Assembly: GCA_963713605.1 (NCBI GenBank)
Contig: CAVQMO010000012.1
Location: 192,001-256,000, forward strand
Direction of reading: 5' to 3'
DNA length: 64,000 bases
DNA from: an uncultured Nitrososphaerales archaeon
GTDB taxonomy: Archaea; Thermoproteota; Nitrososphaeria; Nitrososphaerales; Nitrososphaeraceae
Shown: positions 1 through 11,566 of the stretch, one piece after another
Numbering within the stretch: position 1 is the first letter of the stretch
Layout of the letters: each line of letters begins with the position of its first letter
Position numbers and translations under genes: made by a program
Notes under the pieces: model-generated
The model's database searches: none
Seen by the model: only the letters and a program-made list of their open reading frames with translations
Told to the model about the DNA's origin: nothing

Positions 1-1225
1 AATTTGGAATTAATTCGTTACTTGTAGACGCTAACTTTCTAATTGTTATTGTTCCATTGCCTGATACTACATTAGGGTTATCATAGGTTGGTAACGTGCC
101 ATTACATTGTTCAGTATGAATCTCTATTCGCATATGGCAGGAATTTACTGGTGGTACAGCAGATGGTGTATCGGTTATGGGACTTGACGGTGGTAGATCA
201 TTTGGTGTATCAGGTGGTGTATCGACCAAGGAATTTACTGGTGGTTGATCTGGTGGTACAGCAGATGGTGTATCGGTTATGGGACTTGACGGTGGTAGAT
301 CATTTGGTGTATCAGGTGGTGTATCGACCAAGGAATTTACTGGTGGTTGATCTGGTGGTACAGCAGATGGTGTATCGGTTATGGGACTTGACGGTGGTAG
401 ATCATTTGGTGTATCAGGTGGTGTATCGACCAAGGAATTTACTGGTGGTTGATCTGGTGGTACAGCAGATGGTGTATCGGTTATGGGACTTGACGGTGGT
501 AGATCATTTGGTGTATCAGGTGGTGTATCGACCAAGGAATTTACTGGTGGTTGATCTGGTGGTACAGCAGATGGTGTATCGGTTATGGGACTTGACGGTG
601 GTAGATCATTTGGTGTATCAGGTGGTGTATCGACCAAGGAATTTACTGGTGGTTGATCTGGTGGTACAGCAGATGGTGTATCGGTTATGGGACTTGACGG
701 TGGTAGATCATTTGGTGTATCAGGTGGTGGATTAAGGGAAGGCTCCATGGATGGCGTAGTATCATTAGCTATTGGTGATTGTTGGTCGTCATACAATGGA
801 TAATTGTTGGAATTTCCTTCACTTGGAGTTCCATTTGGCGTAAGTTGACTATCGCCCCCGTATTCTCCCGAATCATCATAGGAATCCGCTTCATCATAGG
901 TATCGCCAATATCGCCATTGTAAGAATTTCCCGAATCATCATAGGAATCATCCCCACCTTCATCATCGGTATTGCTACTGTCATCATCGGTATTGCTACT
1001 GTCATCATCGTGGGAATCTCCCGAATCATCATTGCTCGCATCTAAGCCGTCATTTTCCTCTCCTCCATAGTCATCTTGTGCATATGCTATTTCGGCAATT
1101 ATGATATTGGGTACATCTAGATTCATCAAGTTATTTTGATCATCAGATACAATTGTTATTGATCCTAATGACGTAATAACAATGATCAAGGAAGCTAACA
1201 GGCAACTGATTATCTCCTGTATCAA
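1..1225 (-). CDS. Secreted/surface protein running off the window's left end: signal peptide, Asp/Ser/Gly-rich region, 34-aa Pro-rich repeats, then a probable beta-rich domain
   Basis: Hand-translated minus frame, open to position 1 and absent from the ORF track: LIQEIISCLLASLIIVITSLGS...IAYAQDDYGGEENDG...(PPDQPPVNSLVDTPPDTPNDLPPSSPITDTPSAV)n...GNGTITIRKLAS. The TTG start is uncertain. Confidence 0.75.
   Translation of the reverse strand, partial: MIQEIISCLLASLIIVITSLGSITIVSDDQNNLMNLDVPNIIIAEIAYAQDDYGGEENDGLDASNDDSGDSHDDDSSNTDDDSSNTDDEGGDDSYDDSGNSYNGDIGDTYDEADSYDDSGEYGGDSQLTPNGTPSEGNSNNYPLYDDQQSPIANDTTPSMEPSLNPPPDTPNDLPPSSPITDTPSAVPPDQPPVNSLVDTPPDTPNDLPPSSPITDTPSAVPPDQPPVNSLVDTPPDTPNDLPPSSPITDTPSAVPPDQPPVNSLVDTPPDTPNDLPPSSPITDTPSAVPPDQPPVNSLVDTPPDTPNDLPPSSPITDTPSAVPPDQPPVNSLVDTPPDTPNDLPPSSPITDTPSAVPPVNSCHMRIEIHTEQCNGTLPTYDNPNVVSGNGTITIRKLASTSNELIPN
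151..730. repeat. Tandem repeat, 102-bp unit, about 5.7 near-identical copies (coding VNTR)
   Basis: gtggtacagcagatggtgtatcgg... recurs at 151, 253, 355, 457, 559 and 661. Confidence 0.97.
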
Positions 1226-1497
1226 ACAATTTTTTTACCTTGCCGTCCCTTATATACATTCATCAGTCACTTAGTTTATAAGATCTGAAACTTTCATCCT
1301 AAGATACTCTTTCCTAAGAATTATTTATGGATGTTATTTACTGCGACTACATTTATTCAATGTTTAATTGAATTCAATTATATTTGCATGAACCTTGACT
1401 ACTATTAGAAAGTTACCATTGGTGGAATGAGATTTACCAACAGTGGGAGAGAGACATTGAGTCAACAAAAACGGGATAATAAAACGGGATTATACTA

Positions 1498-1680
1498 ATG
1501 AGCCTATTTCCTGACGAAGATGTTCTTACTAAAGAAATCGAAACATGGCGTGGGTTCATAGAAAAGTTTCCGACTGCTGATGATAAAGTTCTATTAACCG
1601 AGTTACTCGATAGTTGCGTATAAATACACAGTAGCCATCAACTGGGAAGTAGCTACTTGCTAAGCATAAACTTATGACCT
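1498..1680 (+). pseudogene. Degenerate small hypothetical protein
   Basis: Reads MSLFPDEDVLTKEIETWRGFIEKFPTADDKVLLTELLDSC, then the frame breaks. Confidence 0.45.
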
Positions 1681-2164
1681 CGAGTAAACATCAAATTATA
1701 CGAAATATTCCTTTGATAGCCAGAAAGGTATAAACAGGAACCTAGGTCGTCGTACCTGTTGAATCTGGTACTATTTCTGCAGTAGCAAATCTATTACCTA
1801 TGTAAAGAAGTATTCAGCCGGCGATAGCAATTCTTCTTTTGATGGACAATATTTGAATTAGCCTATATACTAGTCCATCTATACAGCATATGTAATAATA
1901 TCCTCTTTTCATGTTTGCAAAAGGTTTGTCTTTATGAAATTGTGATAATTTACTTAGAATCCATACTGTAAGAGTTTTGTAATCATTGCTTAAGTTGATC
2001 TCCGTCTGCATCGCAGCTATGTAATCATTGATAATATCATAGGTATCAAAATTTTACTAGATTTTCCTTGTAAAACTTGCACAAAAAGTGTAAACATAAC
2101 ATGCTAATAAAGTATTGCGTACCTATATATTATTGATATAAAAGGTATACCAATAGTACTAGAT

Positions 2165-2942
2165 ATGAGATATAATAGGAAATCCCATGAATCAATTTCT
2201 TTATTCATCATGTTATTTGTATATTTAATGACAGTTATTGTTGCTAAGAATTACATCTTTGATAATATATTAAATAACCCCTTCCAAAAAGTATTAGCGC
2301 ACGTATCAAACGAATATGGTAATATCACAATTCAAGCTGGCTGGGATCAAGAACCACCATTGGTAGACGAAATAAATGACATCGTTGTAGGTGTAACCAG
2401 AGCATCTGATCTTGGAAATAGTAGGTACTGTTCCAGTGAGAAATGGTTTGGCCGATATGAATATCATGGTAAAATACGGGGGTGTGACAAGATCTCTTGA
2501 TTTTGTTCCTTCACAAGAACAAGAAGGATGGTACGAAGCAAAAATTCTCCCAACAAGAATTGGTTCTTACAGTCTAGTGCTAAACGGTACGATTCAAAAT
2601 CAGCCAATAAGTGATGAAGTACAGATTGAAGACGTCGAAAGCACACAAAAGATATCCTTTCCAGAGGTTACCAACAGTGGTGGTGGTAGTTCTACTAGTG
2701 GTGCTACCAATACTAATCTCCTTAACGGCCAGATATCTAACATTCTAAACCAGATCACAAATGATATGAACAATATTAGAGATGATATTGGGACGTTGGC
2801 TGAAAGCAATTCAAACATACAAGAAGGGATTCAAGATGTTAAAGACATCGCAGATAGATCGTATATGCTAGCTATAACTGCCATTGGCGTAGGTGCAGCT
2901 GGAATACTTATAGCAGCTGCAGCTCTAGTTAGGACTCGCTGA
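2165..2942 (+). CDS. Exported protein with C-terminal membrane anchor, frameshifted near 2410
   Basis: ORFs 2165-2500 and 2412-2942 join into signal peptide + AHVSNEYGNITIQAGWDQEPP...GWYEAKILPTRIGSYSLVLNGTI + coiled coil + hydrophobic C-terminus. Confidence 0.7.
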
Positions 2943-3080
2943 TATCCTCTCAGTATGAACATGTACTGACTGACATCCATCTAATAGCGAAACAGTGATA
3001 CTATGACTATATTAGTTATTTTTACTACTTCTCAATTCATTAATGCAATCAATTTTTTGTTATTTATAGGAAATAGTTAC

Positions 3081-3614
3081 CTAAAAATAGCCTATTGCCT
3101 CGTTACGACATAATGGTTTTTTATGTAAGGAGATGTTAAAGAATGCGAATATAATGAGGCCAAGAATAAATCCATATATTACATGTCCTCCCAAACTTGC
3201 AATAGCTGGCCATTTTCCCAATGGATGGTTCCAAGGAGATAGTCCTGTTATTGGCTTATGTATTGGTATCAGTGTGACAATCCAAACTATAAAACCATAA
3301 AATATCCCTATTAAAAGTAATGATATGATATCATTAATAAAAGATGGGAAAAATGAAATAATAATGAATGGAAAAGCGATTCCTACAAGCGTACCATTTA
3401 GGAAGTGAAAGAAAAAGATCCCTTTGATATGGATTGTCTCATTTTCGTCATTTAGAATGCTAAACAGTTTTCTTGTTATTACCTGGTTTTCGTGCCATTC
3501 AAAGACACCATATAAAGACCACCTCCTCCATGACGGAATCTCAGCTAATGTCATTACTGCTGTTGACACTAGTCCACCAATCAGACCATAGATTGCTAAC
3601 ATATCCATGTCCAA
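3081..3614 (-). CDS. Four-TM membrane protein (DUF6789/DUF2938-like)
   Basis: GLIGGLVSTAVM...HFLNG...GFIVW...SLGGHVIYGFILG pattern. Confidence 0.7.
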   Translation of the reverse strand: MDMDMLAIYGLIGGLVSTAVMTLAEIPSWRRWSLYGVFEWHENQVITRKLFSILNDENETIHIKGIFFFHFLNGTLVGIAFPFIIISFFPSFINDIISLLLIGIFYGFIVWIVTLIPIHKPITGLSPWNHPLGKWPAIASLGGHVIYGFILGLIIFAFFNISLHKKPLCRNEAIGYF

Positions 3615-4319
3615 CTATTCACACATAGACTGAGATTTGCGGCCAAATCTCATAAGGATTTTCGTCTTATTGTATTTTATGGCTGTTAATGATGTATCTC
3701 GATTTAGATCCATATCTACCATAGATGTTGGATGATCATAGAAGCTTTATTAAAGTCGTCACTATAGAATTCAGGTTAGCAATATAGAATAGTTTACCCT
3801 TATTAATACCATAGTCGTTATGTCATTATCCTTGTTTTCCAATATTCTATTATCTAACACGTTACACTTCATTCTCCTTGTCTAGTAATTCATTGCTTGA
3901 CGTGTTAGCTACTGCCGCGTCTGCGACCTTGCTTTTACTTCTCCTATTATCTTGTAATACCTTGAATTTTTCCAAGTCTAGAGGTCCAGGATGCCCAGGC
4001 AACCCTCATAACTTAACTACATGTCTTTAGACAGATGTCTTAAGTTGCAAAGCGGTTAGTACGACAGGTGACATGAATATGGATTTGCTTCTTTCTGTAG
4101 ACTCAGATCCAGATCCACACCCTGATAATGGTTCTGATTTTGATCCCATCATTTATAATTTTTATATATGCTATGTGTCATTAGTTAAATTCTATTATCT
4201 ATTTTGTAGAAAAGTGTGGATTAGATAAGAACTAATTGCTCAAGTCTAAATATTTGTATTCACATATATATCTATATAGAAATGCTCTAAACATCATTAA
4301 AGACATTTAATATTAGAAG

Positions 4320-4817
4320 ACCATCAGGTATAATCGCTGGCCTAACAGCAGATTGGGCAATATCTGGATTATTTTTTAGCAGTTGATTCTCAATTAAACG
4401 TTCCTCCAGGTACTTATTTCTATAAGACAGTTGGAATAGTCGTTGGAATCAATTCTAGTTATGCGGTGTATGCGGGCTTTCTTCTATTCATGATAACGGC
4501 TGTAATCATTTCAATGATTTACAACTATGTATCAGAACATGTTAGATTATTTCGTATAAGCTCCTTGCCCAAAGGAATAGGTACAGGCATACTTGCTGGA
4601 GTAATAGTATGGGGCGTTCTATTTCTGCCAATGCATTATTATGTCATTCAACCTGCACTTTCTAGTATGGTTAATGGCTTGAATCCAGGCAAGCTAAATT
4701 CGTCAGTAGCTAATTAGCTGATTCAATTGTCAGATATGATTATCTTAGGTTCACTTGCATTGCATATGCTATTTGGGGGAGTAATGGGATTTTGCTCCAG
4801 ACTAGCTGCAATATGAT
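4320..4817 (+). pseudogene. Membrane protein resembling 3081-3614, disrupted by a frameshift and an internal stop
   Basis: GIIAGLTADWAISG...GILAGVIVWGVLFLPMH...*...SLALHMLFGGVMG. Confidence 0.6.
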
Positions 4818-4819
4818 AA

Positions 4820-5116
4820 TGAAAAGCTGATTGACGAACTAGCAAATCTATTAAATGATACTGCAGAAGCTCACCATAAGGCGTTTGCCGCTACAGAGGG
4901 CGGAGACCACTGATTGGCCTATTTGATATGCAGGGTATCTTCTTGAAAAATGAGGCAAATGCTTAATGTCTTAATGCTTTAATACCACATTCACAAAGAG
5001 TGAACTCATCTACCTGCTAGTATTAATGGATAAGGAAAATAGAAAATAGATTGTTGCTCCTGGTGGCATTCTGGTCCAGATTCTACGCAAGGTCCGTTGC
5101 AAGTCACTATTTATAG
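4820..5116 (+). pseudogene. Degenerate small helical protein
   Basis: Fragments LIDELANLLNDTAEAHHKAFAATEG, DWPI and KSELIYLLVLMD, with several breaks. Confidence 0.5.
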
Positions 5117-5656
5117 ACCGTATTCGTATCTAGTGAAGATTGCCTAAATGTGAAGTTACCCCGTTATCGTTTTCTTTTGTGTTCGTCTCTTAGTAGTCTG
5201 ATGATATCTTCTAAGGTTCTTTCTTTGCCATCTTTTAATGTATTCAATAGTTTGCGCTTCGTTTCAATATTATTAATTTTCATGGTTTAGACCACGATTG
5301 CTTGGCTGATATTCTTAGCATATAATACATTTTATGTGTATTTGGTATCATAAGTATACTATATAAGATTTGATGGGATGCAGAGCTAATAAAAACTTGG
5401 GCCTGGAGTTATTTGGAAACTGGGCGCAAAAACTGGATTTGGTATTTCTGGCTCTGATGCTGGCGAACATCCTGCTTGCGTTTCAGCTGCCGCCCATCTG
5501 AATACTGAACGTCCAGTGACGTAATGGTTGGATCATCTATTTCACATTAATGTGCACCACTTCCTACTGAACAGAGTTGTGTAATACACCTCAACCACAT
5601 CTCCGGTCTTAGAGATATTCGTAAAGCTTTATAGTATATTTTGTATATTAGTAATT

Positions 5657-5872
5657 ATGTCTAAGAGTACTGGTCGGCAGGGAAGTAGAAATAATCAGGT
5701 ACTTGAGACTCGAGAATCTAAATTACAAGAGCAAAAAGAAAACGTATTAGCACATCAATTAGATTTCGAAATCGAATGCCCAAGATGCAAAGATGTCATG
5801 GAGCTTTTCTCTGAATTCGATCATTTGTCATACTATTGTGGTGGCTGCCATCTAGAATTAAACATTCACTAA
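5657..5872 (+). CDS. Small Zn-ribbon protein
   Basis: CPRC...CGGC motifs; TATA-like tttatag upstream. Confidence 0.75.
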   Translation: MSKSTGRQGSRNNQVLETRESKLQEQKENVLAHQLDFEIECPRCKDVMELFSEFDHLSYYCGGCHLELNIH

Positions 5873-5976
5873 TCTCTACTAACGCTCAGCGGCTGACAAG
5901 ACACTAGCGTTTTTGCTCCTAATTCAATTCTGTCATAAATAGATAAAAGCAACCAAGTTATAACGGTAATTGCCAA

Positions 5977-6171
5977 ATGACCTTGAGTCTTAATTGTAAA
6001 GAAGCCGGCGACCCCGTATGTACACACACCATGTATGGAGAAACCGAAGAAGAACTTCTAGCTAATGCAAAGAAACATGGAATGGAAGTGCATGGATATA
6101 CCGAAGAAACATGGAATGAAGAAGTCGCAAAGAATGCGGAACACTTCCGAAAACTAATCAAAAACACTTAA
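5977..6171 (+). CDS. DUF1059-family small metal-binding protein
   Basis: LNCKEAGDPVCTHTMYGETEEELLANAKKHGMEVHG matches the C-x-C...EEEL...H...H pattern. Confidence 0.85.
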   Translation: MTLSLNCKEAGDPVCTHTMYGETEEELLANAKKHGMEVHGYTEETWNEEVAKNAEHFRKLIKNT

Positions 6172-6612
6172 GAGACGGATTACAATAGCAACAGCTTTTT
6201 TATTTGTCACAGCTAAATCTATAATCTAATCTAATGCATCGCTACTCTAGCAGAATAAATAATATTAGTTGTCAAAATTGGAAGATCCTATGGATGGACT
6301 AAGAACAGATCGTGATAATGGGCTAATTGTATATGTAGTAGCAATGAATATAACAATAATCATCTTCCATTTAGGTGACGGAGCAACTAATATCTGACTT
6401 ACATAAAATGTTTGAAAGACACGGGTTTCATAACGGTCTTTACAATTACGTTTACAGAGGTAACTGGCGTATTAATTGAAATATTAGATCGATAGGTTGC
6501 AGATGATGATGTAGATTGGCAAGTGAATAATAGAAATAACCATACTATTATATGGTATTGTATCGAATATTGTAGCTGACGTCTTAGTCGTGTCATGTAT
6601 TCCAGGAGTAAT

Positions 6613-7200
6613 TCAGCTATAATTCAGGTGTGATTTAACAGATTTGATCAGGCCGTTCAGACTTATCGGTTTTCTAATAAAGCATTCTTTGTTCTTTAGA
6701 TCTGGAAATATTTTTCTGAATTCATCATAGTAATCTTCAAAGGCAGTCATGAAACATACCTTGCTTTTATCATCAACTTGTCTAATTCTCTTATACAATT
6801 CAAATCCATTCATCTCTGGCATTTTAATGTCGAGCAATAATAAGTCGTATATTCCTGCTCTATAGTTAGATAATGATTGTAAGGGGTCATTATACATATC
6901 CACAACAAAACCCACGCGTTCAAGAGCTCTTTTGAATAGCCTTGCGACGTCTTCTTCATCATCAACTAGTAAAATATGTTCATTATTGGTAGTAATAGAA
7001 TCGCTAAATTGTGTGGAAGTACTAGTTGTTGTGGCCACCGACTTATGAAAATTGATTCGCTCGAAGTTCGAGCGAATGGAACTATATAATAGTTTATGGT
7101 CGGGCAAATAAAAAGAAGGGGAAAAAAATAACACTCCTTTATCGTTATCATAGTACTGTGGGTATATGCACAATAACTTTGATTTGCAATATAATATCAT
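6613..7200 (-). CDS. Stand-alone response regulator receiver protein; true start probably downstream of 7200
   Basis: ILLVDDEED, DLLLLDIKMPEMNG, FMTA and FIRKP receiver motifs. Confidence 0.9.
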   Translation of the reverse strand: MILYCKSKLLCIYPQYYDNDKGVLFFSPSFYLPDHKLLYSSIRSNFERINFHKSVATTTSTSTQFSDSITTNNEHILLVDDEEDVARLFKRALERVGFVVDMYNDPLQSLSNYRAGIYDLLLLDIKMPEMNGFELYKRIRQVDDKSKVCFMTAFEDYYDEFRKIFPDLKNKECFIRKPISLNGLIKSVKSHLNYS

Positions 7201-7341
7201 TTTTCTAATTGTACTTATATATTAGACAAGGTGTATATAGGAATTAGCTAATTAATTGACCTTGTGCAGATATCATAATATAGTGTAGTTGAAGGTCTAA
7301 AGTTACTTTATATAGTTTGTATTCTACTCTGAATTAATAGC

Positions 7342-8583
7342 TTGGGGTTTTCTTACGACGTTCCTCCGTCAATGAACAAGAGAAGAGGGGAAGAGGCTAT
7401 ACTAGGAAAGACGGAATTAATTGAGGATGCGCTATCAGTACAGACATTGTTTATTGATATGATAAAATCAGCCAAACATGAAGTATTATTATTACTTCCA
7501 ACATTTAACGCCTTTCTCCGTGAACAACGTTTAGGAATAATTCAATTGTTAAAACAGGGAGCAACAGAATGTGCTGTAAAAGTTAAAATTCTGGTTCCAG
7601 ATGATCCTTTAATAGATCGTGACCTAGGAGATATGGCAGCTCCGGAAGGTAAGGAAGGAATAGAGGGGGAAAAAGATTTTGAATTCCGCTCCCCTGGTGA
7701 ATTTGCAGTAAATACAGTTACTATAGTTGTAGTTGATAAAAGAGAATCTCTAGTGTTTGAAAAAAAAGATGATTCCAAAGAGAATTTTGCTGAGGCTTTG
7801 GGATTAGCTACCTATTCCAACAGCAAACCAACCGTTATGTCCTACTTTGCAATCTTTGAGAATTTATGGAAGCAAGTAGCATTATATGAACAACTAAAAG
7901 TCCATGACAAGATGCAAAACGAATTCATCAATATCGCTAGTCACGAGATGAAAACACCCACCCAATCGATTTTAGGATATGCTGAGCTTTTGGAAGACTC
8001 TTGTAAAAAGAGCGAGGAAGTTGAAGCAATAAAAAGGAATGCAGAAAGGCTTCAAAAGCTCTCTACTAATCTATTAGATGTAACACGAATTGAAAGCCAA
8101 ACACTAAACTTAAGAAAGGAAACAGTTAACATAAATGAAAAGATTGTGAATGTGAAAAGAGATTTTGAACAATTCCCTCACTCTCGCGCCGTAAGAATAT
8201 TATTGGCAGAACTAGGTGAAAATAATCCTATTTACGTACAAGCAGACAAAGTAAGATTGTATGAAGTCGTAGCGAACTTATTAAGCAATGCCATGAAATT
8301 TACTCAAAAAGGGACTATATCAATCAGCACTGACATAAGATCAAATATGAGCAGCAATACTGATGAAGTTATTATTAGAATAAGTGATACTGGAGTGGGC
8401 ATACATCCAGAAATTCTACCAAGGCTGTTTACAAAATTCGCTACCAGGTCTGATATGGGAACTGGACTTGGTCTGTTTATTTCCAAAGGCATAGTAGAAG
8501 CTCATGGAGGAAGAATTTGGGCTGAGAATAATTCAGATGGAAGAGGCGCCACTTTTTCGTTTACATTGCCGTTAGGTAAATGA
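7342..8583 (+). CDS. Sensor histidine kinase (TrmB/PLD-like input domain + HisKA + HATPase)
   Basis: H-box FINIASHEMKTP, N-box NLLSNAMKF, DTGVG and GTGLGL. Confidence 0.95.
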   Translation: MGFSYDVPPSMNKRRGEEAILGKTELIEDALSVQTLFIDMIKSAKHEVLLLLPTFNAFLREQRLGIIQLLKQGATECAVKVKILVPDDPLIDRDLGDMAAPEGKEGIEGEKDFEFRSPGEFAVNTVTIVVVDKRESLVFEKKDDSKENFAEALGLATYSNSKPTVMSYFAIFENLWKQVALYEQLKVHDKMQNEFINIASHEMKTPTQSILGYAELLEDSCKKSEEVEAIKRNAERLQKLSTNLLDVTRIESQTLNLRKETVNINEKIVNVKRDFEQFPHSRAVRILLAELGENNPIYVQADKVRLYEVVANLLSNAMKFTQKGTISISTDIRSNMSSNTDEVIIRISDTGVGIHPEILPRLFTKFATRSDMGTGLGLFISKGIVEAHGGRIWAENNSDGRGATFSFTLPLGK

Positions 8584-8626
8584 ATATAAGAATTGGCAGT
8601 CAGTTTAAGTCTGTCTGTCATCTATT

Positions 8627-8941
8627 TTAACTAACTTGTTCTATGACCCATTCGATAAACTTATTAATTCCAGCTTCATCTGCTTGCTTTAGGAAATCAG
8701 GATCTTTTAACCTCCATTTACCTTCTGGAATTGAATCAAAGAATTCTTGCATGCAAAGTATAAATCTAAAACGTAGGTTCTTTGGGTTCTCAGCTATCCC
8801 ATATTTTCGAAGAATATTACATATTCTTCCAAATGCTGTATCATAATCTCGCTTGAAAGGAACGGTCTGGAATGTTTCACTTAGGGTTGATTCGATATTA
8901 GCTAAATCTTCCTTCAATGTAATACTCATGCTAATTTTCAA
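8627..8941 (-). CDS. Hypothetical protein
   Basis: 104-aa ORF with protein-like composition. Confidence 0.5.
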   Translation of the reverse strand: MKISMSITLKEDLANIESTLSETFQTVPFKRDYDTAFGRICNILRKYGIAENPKNLRFRFILCMQEFFDSIPEGKWRLKDPDFLKQADEAGINKFIEWVIEQVS

Positions 8942-9162
8942 TCCATTTCTATTAATATGCTAACCTATACGCATTTATTTACATAGTTATGAGATCGGCT
9001 TTTCTAAACGTTTGACTGATACTTACCGAGGAGTAAATTTAATGTATCCTAACAGATTATGAAATATGCGAGTGGATAAGCTTGCTGCACTTTCGATATC
9101 CTCTTCAGTATCCAATTCTATTCACCTTCTTTCATTAGGGCAATTTTATCGCTATGTATTTC

Positions 9163-9375
9163 TTACTTTACTCTGGCAACATCGATCTGACCGCTATGCA
9201 ACCAAGTGAGTTCTTCGTGAGATGGCTTGGCTTCGTGTTTGCCTGCTAGTTGTAGATGTAGAAGAGTGTAATTAACCTGGTTCAATAATGGCTTATTTGT
9301 CTCATCACCTTCGCGTGCTTTCACTCTTAGGTCAGACGGAATAGTGCTCCACCAATCGTTAAAACTTCTTGTCAT
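9163..9375 (-). CDS. Small hypothetical protein
   Basis: MTRSFNDWWSTIP...LLNQVNYTLLHL; ATG start, TATA-like tttaaa upstream. Confidence 0.65.
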   Translation of the reverse strand: MTRSFNDWWSTIPSDLRVKAREGDETNKPLLNQVNYTLLHLQLAGKHEAKPSHEELTWLHSGQIDVARVK

Positions 9376-9815
9376 TACAGGTTAATCAGCACGACAAACG
9401 TTTTAAAGGTTCAATTCATTCTTAATAAATGAGAAAAATTATTGTAATATATATATTATGTAGATAAAATTGACCAAAAAATGATTAGAAGTATATACAA
9501 CCGCTATCGGCCAGCGGCAGATCAAAAACAAGTAGATAACAAATAAAAAAATGAAGTTAGCGTCTATATTCGAAAGCTAATCATAACATCACTCGTATCC
9601 CGTACGATTTTTCCTTAGCTTTTAGTCTTCAGATACAGATAAGAATCTAGATACACCAACTAGCCTCCATTTTATTCTTGATAATTATTACATTTATGTG
9701 CATTCTTATATACCCGTATTTAAAACCACCATATCATGAATTAAGATGACTAAAATACTCCATATTCAACATATACAATAAAAAGAGATTACTAAATTCC
9801 TATCACAGTTTCTTT

Positions 9816-10676
9816 CTATTTTGTAGCACATATACATATACTTTCGTTGTTTAATTTAACGTTGCCTGTATCATCAACATATTTGCTTGCTGATTCAGTA
9901 ACAGCTTTCCAAATCTCTACTTTTCTCTCTTGAGATTGATCAGCTAACATTGCATTTATAGGAGCGGCTATTGCTTGATTAAATTGAGTATACTCTTCTG
10001 CCGAACTAAACGTGAAAATTACATTAATTCTTTCAACAGCAACGTCCTTGAATCTGCCTTCTGATAAGGCATCAGTAATAATTTTTTGGTCAGCTAGTTT
10101 AAATGATCAAGGAGTACCGCTGGGAGGCAGCGGCTTGCCGATTTCTTTAACTACAGTATTCATGGATACAGAAAGGAAAGGAACCTTATCTGGCGAAGCC
10201 CAAACGGCTGCTTGCTAAATGACCTCCATTTACCAATGATCTGTAAATATTTGATAAGCCGTCTTTTAGATCTGGCAAAAATATTAATCCCCATCTACAG
10301 GTACTGCATCAAACGCTGAAGCTGGTAAACTGATAGTTTCTGCATCACCCTCTTTGAATTCGATCACGTCTTGTAAGCCAAGGGAAGCGACTCTTTGTCT
10401 TGCAATGGATAACATCTGCGGTGATATGTCTGTAGCTAATACATGACCATTTCCACTACCAACTTTCTTTGCTGCAGTAATAGCTGGTTCTCCGACCCCT
10501 GTCGCAATATCTAGAACTTTGGAACTAGAATTTATCTTTGCAAGTTCGACTAAATAATTACTAAGATTCTGAGTATCTTTTTCAAAAGTCTTCCACCATT
10601 TTTGCCATCCTACAGCTACACTATCCCAACTTTTTCGTTGAGCCTCTTTAAATTGCTTGGAGTCTATATTTGACAT
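9816..10676 (-). pseudogene. Class I SAM-dependent methyltransferase (UbiE-like), frameshifted or interrupted
   Basis: VLDIATGVGEP, DISPQML and GDAE motifs; C-terminal half continues in other frames (AAVWASPDKVPF...VKLNNESICICATK*). Confidence 0.85.
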
Positions 10677-11566
10677 CTAATTTGTTTATTGATAGAGTAT
10701 TTGTGGTATAAAAATTATTTTCTACTATCATGTCAGATTACTTTTGCGTTAATCCCTCATTTGCTTTAAAGATGATGGGATTCAATACAATTAACCAATT
10801 GAAGAACTAAGTGGTTGTTAATTCAATCTCAATAATAGTGTCTAGAGTAACATTTGAAATAGTTTTATTGGGTGGCGGCTGAAGGCATCAACATGGAAAA
10901 GTTGAACAAAAGTCTAGAGATTGGAATTTTCGCCCATGTTCTCGTACTTTCTAAAGTTTAGTTCTCATTTCATATGATAATAGTACTAGCCAGATGTTAT
11001 ATTTAGCACTCTAGAGAAATATGACATAGAACATTCGAAATTCTCACGCGTAAGAATAACAATATTAATCAAGGTGAAGTTGTCAGCAAATAAGAACCGT
11101 ATATTTGACTATTACTAGATCGGGTGCTAATACTCATGCGGTAGCATAGATCCCTTATTCTAATAAAATCTCAACTCATCCAGATCTAAACACTTTGAGT
11201 CTGTCTCATAAAATAATCTACTAGGTAGCTATCGTCCTTCCAGCAGTAATATCTCGATATTCGGTTCTATTAAGTATGTCATCATCTTGCTGTAATATCT
11301 TCGCGCAAATGTCTCTATCTGTTATGGCATGAAGTAGATCTTGCTTATCTCTTACCTGAATCTTTGAATCTGCCTTTCTTGCTCTTGCCAGTGGATTTCA
11401 ACGACGAAGGCCATCCTACGCAATCTAAAGAGGTCGGCTACATTGATGACAGAGTTTGTAGCTTCAACATTATTTTGTTTTCTTTGTGTCCCATCCGCTA
11501 CAAATTGATCTGACTCAGAATAGTTTTAATAGGAACGGAACATTATCTAGGAAGACTCCAATGCCA

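Noticed and set aside
88..735. 215-aa plus-strand repeat ORF; also the 102-bp repeats as a possible CRISPR array
   Set aside because: The ORF is the antisense shadow of the minus-strand gene. The repeats are contiguous and near-identical with no unique spacers.
769..1045. Met/Ile-rich ORFs 769-1041 and 779-1045
   Set aside because: Alternative-frame readings of the Asp-rich coding region.
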